A DNA stretch of 64,000 nucleotides from an uncultured Bacteroidota bacterium (GCA_902776365.1 CACYPU010000002.1:131180-195179); one strand, 5' to 3'; positions 45,193-55,157 are shown, counted from the stretch's first letter. Program-made: numbers and translations. Notes: generated by a model from the sequence alone, not told the origin.

Positions 45193-46999
45193 ACGGCAGT
45201 CGGGCCTGCAGGCCTGAAGCTTCACTGATGTAAAGCATCTCACGTTCGAAGCGAGAGAGGGGTTGCGGATGTGTTATCTTCGCCCCAGTGAAGTATTTCC
45301 ATGCCAGCCGCATCTTGGCCACAAGATTTATATCATCATCCTCTTGCTCTCCCATGAGCAGGCTGAGTTGTTCCCAGATGTCTTTCTCCTCGGGAAGCAC
45401 TTTTATTCGGTAGTTTGTGAGTTTTGCTTTTTCGGCTGCGATGCTGAATGCCAAGTCAAGACCTCCAAGGGTGTCCACCAGTCCGAGTTCCTTGGCGTCG
45501 GCACCTGTCCAAACCCGTCCGCGTGCGATGGAGTCAACGGCGTTGTAGTCCATATGACGACCTTCTGCCACACGTCCCACGAAGACCTTATAGAAGTCTT
45601 CCACGTTGCGGTTCATCATATTGAGGGCGGTGGGGGAGAGAGGACGCATGACAGAGAGACTTGCAGCGTTACTGTTGGTGAGCACGGTGTCGGTGGTAAG
45701 TCCGAGTTTGTCCTTGAGTCCTTTGCCGACATTGGGGATGGTGGCGAAGACACCGATGGAGCCGGTGATGGTCGTGGGCTGTGCCACGATGACGTCGGCC
45801 ATGCAGCTGATCTCGTAGCCTGCCGATGCGGCGAGGTCGCCCATGCTAATAATGACGGGCTTCTGTTTGCGAGCCTCCATTACGGCGTGAGTCATGCTTT
45901 CGCTGGCGGTGGCAGAGCCTCCGGGCGAATTGACACGCAGCACGATGGCTTTCACATCCTTGTCGTCCGTGGCTTTGCGCAGCGCCTTCACAATGTCGTC
46001 TCCGTAGACGGCGGTGTTCAAACCATCGGACTTGCCGTCGAGCACGTTGCCCTCGGCGTAGATGAGAGCAATGGCATCGCCACGTTTACGGTTGGCTTCG
46101 ATGCGTCGGTTGCCGATGTATTTGTCAAGGTTCATGAGTTGGGTTCCTTGATACTTCTCTTTGAGGTAGTTGCGTACATCGGCCTCGAAGCACAGGGTGT
46201 CGACCAGTCTGGATTGCAATGCGTCGGTGGCAAGGTAACCCTCAAGATTGTCGGCTATTATGTTCAGCTGGGCTACGTCGATGTCTCGCGAAGCGGAGAT
46301 GCCGTTGAGGGCGGTCTTCCAGATGCTTGTGATATAGGCACGGATTTGCTCGCGGTTGGCCTCGCTCATGTGGTTCATGGTATAGACTTCGCCGGCACTC
46401 TTATAGGAGCAACTTTCGGGTCGGATGAGTTGCATCTCCACACCCAGTTTGTCAAGTAAATCTTTGTAGTACATCACCTCGCCTCCTATTCCGCGGAAGT
46501 CTACCATGCCTGACGGATGCAGGCAGACCCGGTCGGCCGCCGAGGCTAGGAAGTAGCCTGTCTGCGAATAGGCGTCGGAGTAGGCTATCACTGGTTTGCC
46601 ACTCTTGCGAAAATCGTTGAGGGCGTTGCGGAGTTCCTCCGTCGAGGCCCACGAAAGGGTGCCTGTCGAGGGGTCGGTAATCATGATGCCAGACACATTG
46701 GGGTCGTCCGCTGCAGCGCGGATGGCGTCCGTGGCGTCGACAAGGCCGATGGGATTGGTTTCGTCAAAAAGGTTCACCAGAGTTTCTTCGCCACGTTCGC
46801 CCGTGATGTCGGACAGGTTGAGTGTCAAGAAGGTGCCTTTTTTCACTGGCGTGGCCATTTCGTCTCCCAGATTGCCGATGGACAATACCAGCATCATGAG
46901 GAAGACGAAAGACAGAACGGCACCGATGGCAGATACTATCAGCACGCCCAAGGCGCTGGCCAGCATCGTTTTTCCGAAGGATAAGGGTTTCTTTTCCAT
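45176..46999 (-). CDS. sppA: signal peptide peptidase SppA, 67K type
   Basis: 607 aa with an N-terminal TM and two S49 domains (..GDLAASAGYEIS..). Confidence 0.9.
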   Translation of the reverse strand: MEKKPLSFGKTMLASALGVLIVSAIGAVLSFVFLMMLVLSIGNLGDEMATPVKKGTFLTLNLSDITGERGEETLVNLFDETNPIGLVDATDAIRAAADDPNVSGIMITDPSTGTLSWASTEELRNALNDFRKSGKPVIAYSDAYSQTGYFLASAADRVCLHPSGMVDFRGIGGEVMYYKDLLDKLGVEMQLIRPESCSYKSAGEVYTMNHMSEANREQIRAYITSIWKTALNGISASRDIDVAQLNIIADNLEGYLATDALQSRLVDTLCFEADVRNYLKEKYQGTQLMNLDKYIGNRRIEANRKRGDAIALIYAEGNVLDGKSDGLNTAVYGDDIVKALRKATDDKDVKAIVLRVNSPGGSATASESMTHAVMEARKQKPVIISMGDLAASAGYEISCMADVIVAQPTTITGSIGVFATIPNVGKGLKDKLGLTTDTVLTNSNAASLSVMRPLSPTALNMMNRNVEDFYKVFVGRVAEGRHMDYNAVDSIARGRVWTGADAKELGLVDTLGGLDLAFSIAAEKAKLTNYRIKVLPEEKDIWEQLSLLMGEQEDDDINLVAKMRLAWKYFTGAKITHPQPLSRFEREMLYISEASGLQARLPFIVLE

Positions 47000-47011
47000 A
47001 GTTTAGGTATT

Positions 47012-47041
47012 AAAAAAGGCCCCGTGCGTCAGCACGGGGCC
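47012..47041 (-). terminator. intrinsic terminator after fba
   Basis: 10-bp stem GGCCCCGTGC/GCACGGGGCC followed by T6 on the minus strand. Confidence 0.8.
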
Positions 47042-47054
47042 ATAAAACGAAACG

Positions 47055-48053
47055 TTAGAGTTTGTCGTTCGAGCCAAGGACATTCACAATCTTGTGGATG
47101 TACATCTTCTTCATGCTTTCGCGGGCAGGTTTCAGGTACTGGCGCGGGTCGAAGTGGTCGGGGTGCTCGGCCATGTGCTTGCGGATGGCGGCGGTCATGG
47201 CGAGGCGGCTGTCGCTGTCGATGTTAATCTTGCAGACGGCACTCTTGGCGGCCTTGCGAAGCTGTTCCTCGGGGATACCCACGGCGGCTTTCAGGGCGCC
47301 ACCGTTGGCGTTGATGGTGTCGACCTCGTCCTGCGGCACGCTGGAGGAGCCGTGGAGCACGATGGGGAAGCCGGGGAGCTTCTTCTCGACGGCTTCGAGG
47401 ACGTCGAAGGCCAGGGGAGGAGGCAGCAGACGGCCGGTCTGCGGGTCGACGGTGCACTGCTCGGGTTTGAACTTGTAGGCGCCGTGACTGGTGCCGATGC
47501 TGATAGCCAGGGAGTCGCAACCGGTACGGGTGGCGAAGTCAATGACCTCCTCGGGTTTGGTGTAGTGGCTCACCTCGGAGGCTACCTCGTCCTCCACGCC
47601 GGCCAGCACGCCGAGTTCGCACTCGACGGTGACATCGAACTGGTGGGCATATTCCACCACCTGACGAGAGATTTTGATGTTCTCTTCATAGGGCAGTGCG
47701 CTGCCGTCGTACATCACGCTGGAGAAGCCCATGTCGATGCAGCTCTTGCAGGTCTCGAAGCTGTCGCCGTGGTCGAGGTGAAGCACAATCTGGGGGTTGG
47801 GGCAACCCAGCTCCTTGGCATACTCGACGGCGCCCTCGGCCATGTAGCGCAGGAGGGTGGGGTTGGCGTAGTCGCGGGCACCCTTGCTGACCTGCAGGAT
47901 GACGGGACTCTTGGTTTCGACAGCGGCCTGAATGATGGCCTGCATCTGCTCCATGTTGTTGAAGTTGAAGGCGGGGATGGCATAGCCGCCATTAACGGCT
48001 TTCTTGAACATCTCGCGGGTGTTCACGAGACCGATTTTCTTGTAATCTACCAT
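47055..48053 (-). CDS. fba: class II fructose-bisphosphate aldolase
   Basis: AIPAFNFNN, HLDHGDS and GTSHGAYKF motifs. The start is trimmed to MVDYKKIGLV, because the upstream extension is heptamer-array sequence. Confidence 0.9.
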   Translation of the reverse strand: MVDYKKIGLVNTREMFKKAVNGGYAIPAFNFNNMEQMQAIIQAAVETKSPVILQVSKGARDYANPTLLRYMAEGAVEYAKELGCPNPQIVLHLDHGDSFETCKSCIDMGFSSVMYDGSALPYEENIKISRQVVEYAHQFDVTVECELGVLAGVEDEVASEVSHYTKPEEVIDFATRTGCDSLAISIGTSHGAYKFKPEQCTVDPQTGRLLPPPLAFDVLEAVEKKLPGFPIVLHGSSSVPQDEVDTINANGGALKAAVGIPEEQLRKAAKSAVCKINIDSDSRLAMTAAIRKHMAEHPDHFDPRQYLKPARESMKKMYIHKIVNVLGSNDKL

Positions 48054-48095
48054 AGTTATTAATTTTGAATTATTATATTTGAATGCTGAATTATT
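48054..48095. repeat. heptanucleotide array (6 units)
   Basis: AGTTATT AATTTTG AATTATT ATATTTG AATGCTG AATTATT. It fills the fba/upstream-gene gap. Confidence 0.85.
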
Positions 48096-49029
48096 GTTTT
48101 TCGTCAAGTCCTTTCAGGTAATTCTTTGCGCGCTCGGCAAATTCGCCGTCGTCAATTTTAATAATTTTCTCAAGGTATTTGCGCTCGTTTTTGGTGTCGC
48201 CGAGAATATGGTAGGTGTCGGCGATGTTGCTGAGGACGATGGCGTCTTTCGGGGCCACTTTCTCGGCGGACAGGAGCCATTTCAGCGAGTTCTGTCGGTC
48301 TTCTACCAACTGGTAGGTGACAGCCATGATGTTCATGCTGTATGCATCTGTGGGGAAGATGTGCAGCATGTGTTCGGAAATGCCGCGCAGCAGGTCCAGA
48401 TGGGTGACGAAAGTGAGGCTGTCGGGCGAGTTCTGGATGGCTTCGAACAGGCTGCTCTCATAGTCCAGGATGCCTTCGATGAGGATGGTGTCGATGGGAG
48501 CACCGCCATCGGGGAAGACCATGGTCTTACGATGTTTCTCCGCGTAATCGAGGGTGGCGTGGATGGCGTCGGCAAAAGCGTTCCACCAGCGCAACTTCCT
48601 CAACAGATGAATCTTGCCGTAGTGCATATCCAGACGTTCGGGATAGAGAGAGAGGCCCTTGTTGATGATGGCCAGACCCGAATCGGCGATGCCTTCGTCC
48701 CAGTTCTCAATGAAATACATGTATCCTGCCACCTCGCCGGTGCTGTCGGAGAGGGTCATGATGTCGCCCACCACATGTTCGCTTTCATCAGGATAAACGG
48801 TCGAGCTGGTCATGCCCGAGAAAAGCAGGGCTCGGCTGAAGTAGAAGTTGTACTCCGCGACGTAGCGCTCAGCACTTTGGTCACCCGAGGCACGAATCTC
48901 GCCGATGGTGGTGGCCATGGCGGCACTATCGTCCTCTTGGAGTGCCTCATAGAAGCGGTCATAGACCCCCTGCGCCGTGGTGAAACCACAAACGGCAGTG
49001 AGTAGTGCGATGGAGAAGAAACGTTTCAT
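48091..49029 (-). CDS. hypothetical exported helical-repeat protein
   Basis: 312 aa with a signal peptide and a C-terminal TPR-like segment. Confidence 0.6.
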   Translation of the reverse strand: MKRFFSIALLTAVCGFTTAQGVYDRFYEALQEDDSAAMATTIGEIRASGDQSAERYVAEYNFYFSRALLFSGMTSSTVYPDESEHVVGDIMTLSDSTGEVAGYMYFIENWDEGIADSGLAIINKGLSLYPERLDMHYGKIHLLRKLRWWNAFADAIHATLDYAEKHRKTMVFPDGGAPIDTILIEGILDYESSLFEAIQNSPDSLTFVTHLDLLRGISEHMLHIFPTDAYSMNIMAVTYQLVEDRQNSLKWLLSAEKVAPKDAIVLSNIADTYHILGDTKNERKYLEKIIKIDDGEFAERAKNYLKGLDEKQ

Positions 49030-49049
49030 TTCCCGCTGTTTTGAATTTG

Positions 49050-49057
49050 CAAAATTA
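49050..49057 (-). promoter_or_regulatory. -7 box TAnnTTTG
   Basis: Minus-strand TAATTTTG upstream of 49029. Confidence 0.55.
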
Positions 49058-49080
49058 CGAAAAAAAAATCAACTGACCAA

Positions 49081-49115
49081 ATTTTCAATTCTCAATTTTC
49101 ATTTTTCAATTTGAA
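49081..49115. repeat. heptanucleotide array (5 units)
   Basis: ATTTTCA ATTCTCA ATTTTCA TTTTTCA ATTTGAA. It encodes the ispE C-terminal ..FQIEK* and the stop. Confidence 0.9.
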
Positions 49116-49890
49116 AGATGCCAAAGACGGCAGCCCCGCTGCCGGTCATGGAGGCGTAGAGGGCTCCGCGGCGGTACATCTCCTCCTTCAGTTCCGCAAT
49201 GGCTGGATGCGCAGGGAAAACTGAAGCCTCGAAGTCGTTGACAATGAGGTTGCGCCATTCCTCGACGGGTTTCTTTATCGTCTCCCGCAAGTTGGGCCGT
49301 GTCGCGCCGAACAGGTCGTGGTTTAGGCCGGCGTAAGCTTCTTTCGTCGACACATGCTCCCCTTCGGGAATCTCAATTTGAATTGAAAATTGAGAATTGA
49401 GAATTGAGATTTCGTGAAGTGACTCTAACTGGTCACCGATGCCAGTGGCAAAAGCGGGGCGGTTCTGGATGAAGAAAGCACAGTCGGCACCGAGTTTGGC
49501 GGCACGTTGCTCCAATTCGGCGGTACTCAACTCCAAAGAGAACATCTCATTGAGCATCTTCAGCGTGAAGGCGGCGTCGCTGCTGCCGCCACCAAGGCCT
49601 GCACCGAAGGGGATGTTCTTCTTCAGTCGGATGCTCACGGCAGGGATGTTAAACTCCTCATGCAGAAGCTTCCAGGCATTCATACAGAGGTTGTCTTCGG
49701 GGGCGTTGTCAAGGGCGATGCCGTCTTGGGACATAGTGGGTAGTGGGTAGTGGGTAGAGGGTAGTATTTCCAGCTCGTCTCGGAGGTCGCTGACTGGAAG
49801 GAAGATGGTCTCCAGGTCGTGGTAACCGTCCGCCCGCTTGCCCACCACGTGCAACCCCAGGTTTATCTTACAATTCGGAAAAGAAATCAT
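49099..49890 (-). CDS. ispE: 4-(cytidine 5'-diphospho)-2-C-methyl-D-erythritol kinase
   Basis: GHMP kinase motif PFGAGLGGGSSDAA and N-terminal PNCKINLGL. Confidence 0.9.
   Translation of the reverse strand: MISFPNCKINLGLHVVGKRADGYHDLETIFLPVSDLRDELEILPSTHYPLPTMSQDGIALDNAPEDNLCMNAWKLLHEEFNIPAVSIRLKKNIPFGAGLGGGSSDAAFTLKMLNEMFSLELSTAELEQRAAKLGADCAFFIQNRPAFATGIGDQLESLHEISILNSQFSIQIEIPEGEHVSTKEAYAGLNHDLFGATRPNLRETIKKPVEEWRNLIVNDFEASVFPAHPAIAELKEEMYRRGALYASMTGSGAAVFGIFQIEK
49371..49412. repeat. heptanucleotide array inside ispE
   Basis: TCTCAAT TTGAATT GAAAATT GAGAATT GAGAATT GAGATTT, translated as EISILNSQFSIQIE. Confidence 0.85.
49734..49768. repeat. TAGTGGG-family array inside ispE
   Basis: TAGTGGG x3 TAGAGGG TAGTATT, translated as EILPSTHYPLPTM. 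Confidence 0.9.
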
Positions 49891-49896
49891 GGCATA

Positions 49897-50889
49897 TCAT
49901 TTGTCTTGTATTCCCTTGCACTCCTCGCATTCCTTCGTACTCCCCAATTTGTCATAGGCTCGTATGATGTCGGTGACTAAACGGTGGCGAATCACGTCGC
50001 AGTTATCGAGCTGAATAATTTCGATGCCCTTCACGTCCTTAAGAATCTGTGTAGCTTGCATCAAGCCGCTCTGCTGGTGGCGTGGCAGATCCACCTGGGT
50101 CAGGTCACCGGTGATGACGAATTTGGCGTTGCGTCCCATGCGTGTGAGGAACATCTTCAGCTGTGCCGAGGTGGCGTTCTGAGCTTCGTCGAGGATGACG
50201 AAGGCGTTGTCCAGTGTGCGGCCGCGCATGAAAGCCAACGGCGCTATCTCTATCGTGTTGTCCTCCATATAGGAGAGCAGTTTCTGCTGAGGTATCATAT
50301 CGCGCAGCGCGTCATAGAGGGGTTGCAGGTAGGGGTCGAGCTTGTCGCGCAGGTCGCCCGGCAGGAAGCCCAGGTTCTCGCCGGCCTCCACGGCGGGACG
50401 GGTCAGGATGATACGGCGTATCTCCTTGTTCTTCAGCGCGCGGACGGCCATGGCTACGGCGGTATAGGTCTTGCCGGTGCCGGCGGGGCCGATGGCGAAG
50501 ACCATGTCGTGCTCGTAGACACTCCGCACCAGCCGTTGCTGGTTGGGGGTGCGGGCCTTGATGAGCAGGCCGTTGCGGCCATGCACCAGCACTTCGTCGC
50601 TCACCTCGGCCTCGGGACTACCTCCGCCGCTCTCCATGATGCCCATGATGGCGTTCTCCGTCAGGCGGCCGAACTTGTCATAGTAGGTCATCATGGCCTG
50701 CAACTTGCCGTCGAACCAGGCGATGTCTTCCTCACTGCCGATGGCTTTCAGCATCTCGCCGCGTGCCACCAGCTTCAGCTTTGGGAACAGCATCCTCACA
50801 AAGTCCAGCATCCGGTCATTGGTGCCCCAAAAGCGCGCATAATCAAGCTCTTCTAGCGAAAAAATCTTCTCAGTAGTGGTATCTATCAT
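49897..50889 (-). CDS. phoH: PhoH family ATPase
   Basis: Walker A GPAGTGKTY and ..ILDEAQN... Confidence 0.9.
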   Translation of the reverse strand: MIDTTTEKIFSLEELDYARFWGTNDRMLDFVRMLFPKLKLVARGEMLKAIGSEEDIAWFDGKLQAMMTYYDKFGRLTENAIMGIMESGGGSPEAEVSDEVLVHGRNGLLIKARTPNQQRLVRSVYEHDMVFAIGPAGTGKTYTAVAMAVRALKNKEIRRIILTRPAVEAGENLGFLPGDLRDKLDPYLQPLYDALRDMIPQQKLLSYMEDNTIEIAPLAFMRGRTLDNAFVILDEAQNATSAQLKMFLTRMGRNAKFVITGDLTQVDLPRHQQSGLMQATQILKDVKGIEIIQLDNCDVIRHRLVTDIIRAYDKLGSTKECEECKGIQDK

Positions 50890-50893
50890 GCTG

Positions 50894-50901
50894 CAAAAAT
50901 A
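50894..50901 (-). promoter_or_regulatory. -7 box TAnnTTTG, 4 nt from the phoH ATG (leaderless?)
   Basis: Minus-strand TATTTTTGCAGCATG. Confidence 0.55.
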
Positions 50902-50919
50902 CGAAAAAACTCTATAATG

Positions 50920-53900
50920 TTATTTTACTAATTCGTTTGCTATCAATTCCGCCTGTTTCAGCACCGTCTCGGTGGCCAATGCCTGCATGTCGGGCGGGTA
51001 GCCATACTTGCGCAACAACCGCTTCACCGCCACTTTCATCTTAGCCCTTACGTTCTCCTTGATGGTCCAGTCGATGGTGCTGTTCTTACGAATGGTCTCG
51101 GTGAGTACCACAGCCAGCTCTCGCAGCTTGTCCTTGCCCATCAACTCGCGGGCACTCTCGTTGTCGGCTACGGCGGTATAGAAGGCGTATTCGTAGGTTT
51201 CCAGCCCCATCTCCTGTGCCGCGCTGTCGCTGGCCACTATCTGTTTGCTGAGTTTGATAAGCTCGTCTATTACCTCGGCGGCGGAGACTATTTTATTGTG
51301 GTAACGTGTGATGGAGCCGTCGAGCATCTCCATCAACGTGCGACTCTCTACGAGGTTGTATTTCGACCGTGCCTTGATTTCATCTTCTAGCAACTTCCGT
51401 AGAACTTCAAGAGCGATATTCTTGTGTTCCATGCCTTTCAACTCCATCAGGAATTCCTCAGAGAGGATGGAAATATCGGGTTTCTTGATGCCGGCGGCAT
51501 CGAAGAGGTCTATCACCTGTTCCGACACCAGCGCTTGGTCTATCACCTGCCTAATGGTGGTCTCAATCTCCTCGTTGGTGTGTCCGCCGCCTTTGGCATC
51601 GAACTTGCACAGGCGTGCTTTCACGGCTTGGAAGAAAGCCACTTCGTCTTTTACATCCATTGCCTCCTCATTCGGAATAGCCAATGCGAAAGCCTTTCCC
51701 AAGGAGGTTACCTCGTTGACAAACCTTATCTTGCCGTCTTCGAGTCCGAGGATGAAATCTTCGGCTTTGAGTATCCACGACAACTTGCCTTTGGTGTCGG
51801 AAGAGAAATATTGCGGCCATTCTAACCCGTGCAGCATCTGTTCCACCACCTCCAGCTTCTCTTTCATCAGTTCCACCGCCTGTGACTGCTGCTGTGTGGG
51901 GTCGCCCTTGCCGCCGCTGTCGGAATAGAACGAAAGCGCTTTCTTCAGGTCAGCAGCGATGCCGAGGTAGTCCACCACCAAGCCGCCGGGCTTGTCCTTA
52001 TAGACGCGGTTCACGCGGGCAATGGCCTGCATCAGATTGTGGCCCTGCATGGGCTTGTCGATATAGAGGGTATGCAGACAGGGCACGTCGAAGCCCGTGA
52101 GCCACATGTCGCGCACTATCACCATTTTCAACTCATCATCAGGATCTTTCATCCTTTCGGCTAGCAGATGGCGGTCGGCCTTGGTGGTATGGTGCTTGGC
52201 AATGGCGGGACCGTCGGAGGCCGAGGTGGTCATCACCACCTTCAACGCTCCTTTGCGCAGGTCGTCGCTGTGCCATTCGGGCCGCAGCTTGATGATTTTG
52301 TCGTAGAACTCCACGGCAATCCTGCGGCTCATGGCTACAATCATGGCTTTGCCCTCGAATACTTGCTGGCGTGCCTCGAAGTGTTCCACGATGTCGCGGG
52401 CGATGTTCTTCACACGGTTGGGGCTGCCTATCAGGGCTTCCAGCTGTGTCCACTTGGCTTTGGCCTTCTGCACATCGTCCAGTTCCTTCACATCGAGTTC
52501 CTTGTCCAGTTCTTCCACCAGCTTGCGTCCTTCGGCGCTCAACTCCACCTTGGCCAGACGGCTCTCGTAGTAGATACGCACCGTGGCGCCGTCCTCCACC
52601 GCCTGTGCGATGTCATAGACGTCGATGTAGTTGCCGAAGACAGCGGGTGTGTTCTTGTCGCTCAGCTCGATGGGCGTGCCGGTGAAGCCGATATAGGTGG
52701 CGTTGGGCAGCGCGTCGCGCAGGTATTTGGCGAAGCCGTACTTGATTTCGGAGCCCACCACCTCGTCGGCTTCGTTGCGCACATCCTTGGTCTTGGCGCC
52801 GAAGCCATACTGAGTGCGGTGCGCCTCGTCGGCTATCACCACTACGTTGGTGCGGTCGGTAAGCCTGTCGTATATATTGCCCTCTTCGGGCTGGAATTTC
52901 TGTATGGTAGTAAAAACCACGCCACCCGACTGCACCGCAAGCAGACCTTTCAAATGTTCACGGCTATCCGCCTGCACGGGTGTCTGTCGCAGCAGTTGTT
53001 TGGAGGAGACGAAGGTCTCGAAGAGCTGGTCGTCGAGGTCGTTGCGGTCGGTGATGACCACGATGGTGGGGTTGTTCAGCCGCTGCACTATCTTGCCGGC
53101 ATAGAACACCATCGACAGCGACTTGCCGCTACCCTGCGTATGCCATACTACACCGGCGCGGTGGTCGCCCGTATGCTGTTCACGCACTGTCTTGAAACCG
53201 AAGTTCTCCGGTGATTCGGCAGCCATCGGCATACTGCTGTTGATGCCCGAGGCCCTCAATGTGGACTCCACGGCTTTGTTGACGGCATAGTATTGATGGT
53301 AGGCCGCCAGCTTCTTCACCGTGGTGATAGTGATTTGGCCCGTGGCTTTGTCCTCGTGTTTGTCTTTTTCAAAGACGGTGAACGCCTGCACCAGGTCAAG
53401 CAGCGTCTCGGGGTTCAGCATCCCATTTAGCAGCACCTCCAACTCGCCTTTCAAGTGTGAGGCTATGGTCTCGCCATCTTCGCTTTTCCATGCGGTGAAT
53501 CGGCTCAGTCCCGACGACAGGGTGCCAGCCTTGGCCTCCAAGCCGTCGCTGATTACGATGACCTCGTTATATCTGAACAGCATCGGTATTTGCTCCTTGT
53601 AGGTGCCTATCTGGTCGTAGGCCTTGGTGATGGTGGCCTCCTCGTCGGCGGCATTCTTCAGTTCCATCACCACCAGCGGCAAGCCGTTGACGAACAGCAC
53701 CATGTCGGGCCGCAGGTTATGACCATTCTCTATGACGGTGAACTGGTTGACCACCGTGAACTCGTTGTTCCACGGGTCGTCGAAGTCCACCAGCCACACC
53801 TTCTTTCCGCGCTCCTCACCCTCTTCGTACACCGACACCGTCACGCCCTGTGTCAGCAGCTCGTGGAACTGCTCGTTGTCGGTCAGCAGATCGGTGGAGC

Positions 53901-54132
53901 CGATGCGCAGCACCATCTTGACGGCCTCGTCGAGCACCGCAGCAGGCAGCGACGGGTTGAGCCGCCGCACCGCTGCCTCCAGCTTTTCGCGCAGCACCAC
54001 CTCGCCCAACGATGTCCGCATAGGCGACTGTCCGTCCGGCGCGATATCAGGGCCGTAGAGGTATTCATACCCACGGCTCTGCAGTATCTCGATGGTCATC
54101 TGCTCAATGTCCGATTCCGTCAGCTTGGTCAT
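50920..54132 (-). CDS. hsdR: type I restriction endonuclease subunit R
   Basis: SF2 helicase motifs (HTQGSGKS, VIADEAHRTQ) and an HsdR N-terminal nuclease region. The ATG at 54132 (MTKLTESDIEQ) is preferred over the TTG at 54156. Confidence 0.9.
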   Translation of the reverse strand: MTKLTESDIEQMTIEILQSRGYEYLYGPDIAPDGQSPMRTSLGEVVLREKLEAAVRRLNPSLPAAVLDEAVKMVLRIGSTDLLTDNEQFHELLTQGVTVSVYEEGEERGKKVWLVDFDDPWNNEFTVVNQFTVIENGHNLRPDMVLFVNGLPLVVMELKNAADEEATITKAYDQIGTYKEQIPMLFRYNEVIVISDGLEAKAGTLSSGLSRFTAWKSEDGETIASHLKGELEVLLNGMLNPETLLDLVQAFTVFEKDKHEDKATGQITITTVKKLAAYHQYYAVNKAVESTLRASGINSSMPMAAESPENFGFKTVREQHTGDHRAGVVWHTQGSGKSLSMVFYAGKIVQRLNNPTIVVITDRNDLDDQLFETFVSSKQLLRQTPVQADSREHLKGLLAVQSGGVVFTTIQKFQPEEGNIYDRLTDRTNVVVIADEAHRTQYGFGAKTKDVRNEADEVVGSEIKYGFAKYLRDALPNATYIGFTGTPIELSDKNTPAVFGNYIDVYDIAQAVEDGATVRIYYESRLAKVELSAEGRKLVEELDKELDVKELDDVQKAKAKWTQLEALIGSPNRVKNIARDIVEHFEARQQVFEGKAMIVAMSRRIAVEFYDKIIKLRPEWHSDDLRKGALKVVMTTSASDGPAIAKHHTTKADRHLLAERMKDPDDELKMVIVRDMWLTGFDVPCLHTLYIDKPMQGHNLMQAIARVNRVYKDKPGGLVVDYLGIAADLKKALSFYSDSGGKGDPTQQQSQAVELMKEKLEVVEQMLHGLEWPQYFSSDTKGKLSWILKAEDFILGLEDGKIRFVNEVTSLGKAFALAIPNEEAMDVKDEVAFFQAVKARLCKFDAKGGGHTNEEIETTIRQVIDQALVSEQVIDLFDAAGIKKPDISILSEEFLMELKGMEHKNIALEVLRKLLEDEIKARSKYNLVESRTLMEMLDGSITRYHNKIVSAAEVIDELIKLSKQIVASDSAAQEMGLETYEYAFYTAVADNESARELMGKDKLRELAVVLTETIRKNSTIDWTIKENVRAKMKVAVKRLLRKYGYPPDMQALATETVLKQAELIANELVK

Positions 54133-54137
54133 AAGTG

Positions 54138-55157
54138 CTATATGTTTAGTTTCCAATATCCGTTCTTGTCCTCGCCTATACGTATTAGAATACCCATTTC
54201 TTTCAATGCCGCAATATTTCGTGTAATAGTTGATCTGTCCACATCAAGAGTTGTTGCCATTTCATCGTATGTGGTATAAGGATTATTTCTTAGAATATCT
54301 ATAATGGCAGCTTGTCTCTTAGTTATATTTACAGGTGCATTTACAGGTGCATTTACAGGTGCATTAAGCGGCTCACCTTTATGTTGCAGTACGGACTTAT
54401 GTATCTCCTCCAGCATAAAGTCGATGAAGGGACCACACTCGCCCTGCTTGGTACTTTGGGCGATGGCGTCATAGTAGGCCTGCTGGTTGGAATAGACCAT
54501 ATTCTCCACAGGCAGGTGCGCAAAAGCAGGGTGCCAGCGGCTGAGGATGAGCGACTGCCACAGGCGGCCCATACGTCCGTTGCCATCGATAAACGGATGG
54601 ATAAACTCGAACTCATAATGGAAGACACAGCTGCGCACCAACAGGTGGTCGTCGGCATTCTTCAGCCAGTCGAAGAGGTCGGACATCAGCCCATGCACCC
54701 TGTCGGATGGAGGGGCCATGTGTACCAGGCCGCTCTCGGAATAGACGCCTACGCCGCCCCTGCGGAAATGACCTGCGTCATCGGTCAAGGCGGACATCAT
54801 CAGTCCGTGAGCCCGCAGTAGGTCGTCCATCGAGAAGGGGTCGAGCTTTTCAAACTCATCATACACCCGTATGGTGTTCTTCACCTCCTGAATCTCGCGG
54901 ATGGGTGCCACCACCGTCTTGCCGTCAAGGATATCGGCCACCTCACTCTCCCGAAGACGGTTGCCCTCTATGGCCAATGAGCTATGGATGGTCTTGATAC
55001 GGTTGGCCTTGCGCAGCCGCAAGGCATCGCTCTGCTCCATACGGATGGCAAACCGCTCCATCTGGGCGGCGATATCCGCCACCAGCCCCACTGCCTTCGC
55101 CGACAATGTGAAAGGTGGTTTGTATCCATTATATGTCTTTGTCTTTTTTTCAGCCAT
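54138..55157 (-). CDS. Fic family protein (class II, N-terminal inhibitory helix) with C-terminal wHTH
   Basis: Fic motif HPFIDGNGRMGR, inhibitory motif SLAIEGN, and a C-terminal HTH (..VDRSTITRNIAALKEMGILIR). Confidence 0.85.
   Translation of the reverse strand: MAEKKTKTYNGYKPPFTLSAKAVGLVADIAAQMERFAIRMEQSDALRLRKANRIKTIHSSLAIEGNRLRESEVADILDGKTVVAPIREIQEVKNTIRVYDEFEKLDPFSMDDLLRAHGLMMSALTDDAGHFRRGGVGVYSESGLVHMAPPSDRVHGLMSDLFDWLKNADDHLLVRSCVFHYEFEFIHPFIDGNGRMGRLWQSLILSRWHPAFAHLPVENMVYSNQQAYYDAIAQSTKQGECGPFIDFMLEEIHKSVLQHKGEPLNAPVNAPVNAPVNITKRQAAIIDILRNNPYTTYDEMATTLDVDRSTITRNIAALKEMGILIRIGEDKNGYWKLNI
54328..54363 (-). repeat. 3 perfect 12-nt repeats (NAPV x3) in the Fic linker
   Basis: TTTACAGGTGCA x3. 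Confidence 0.9.
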
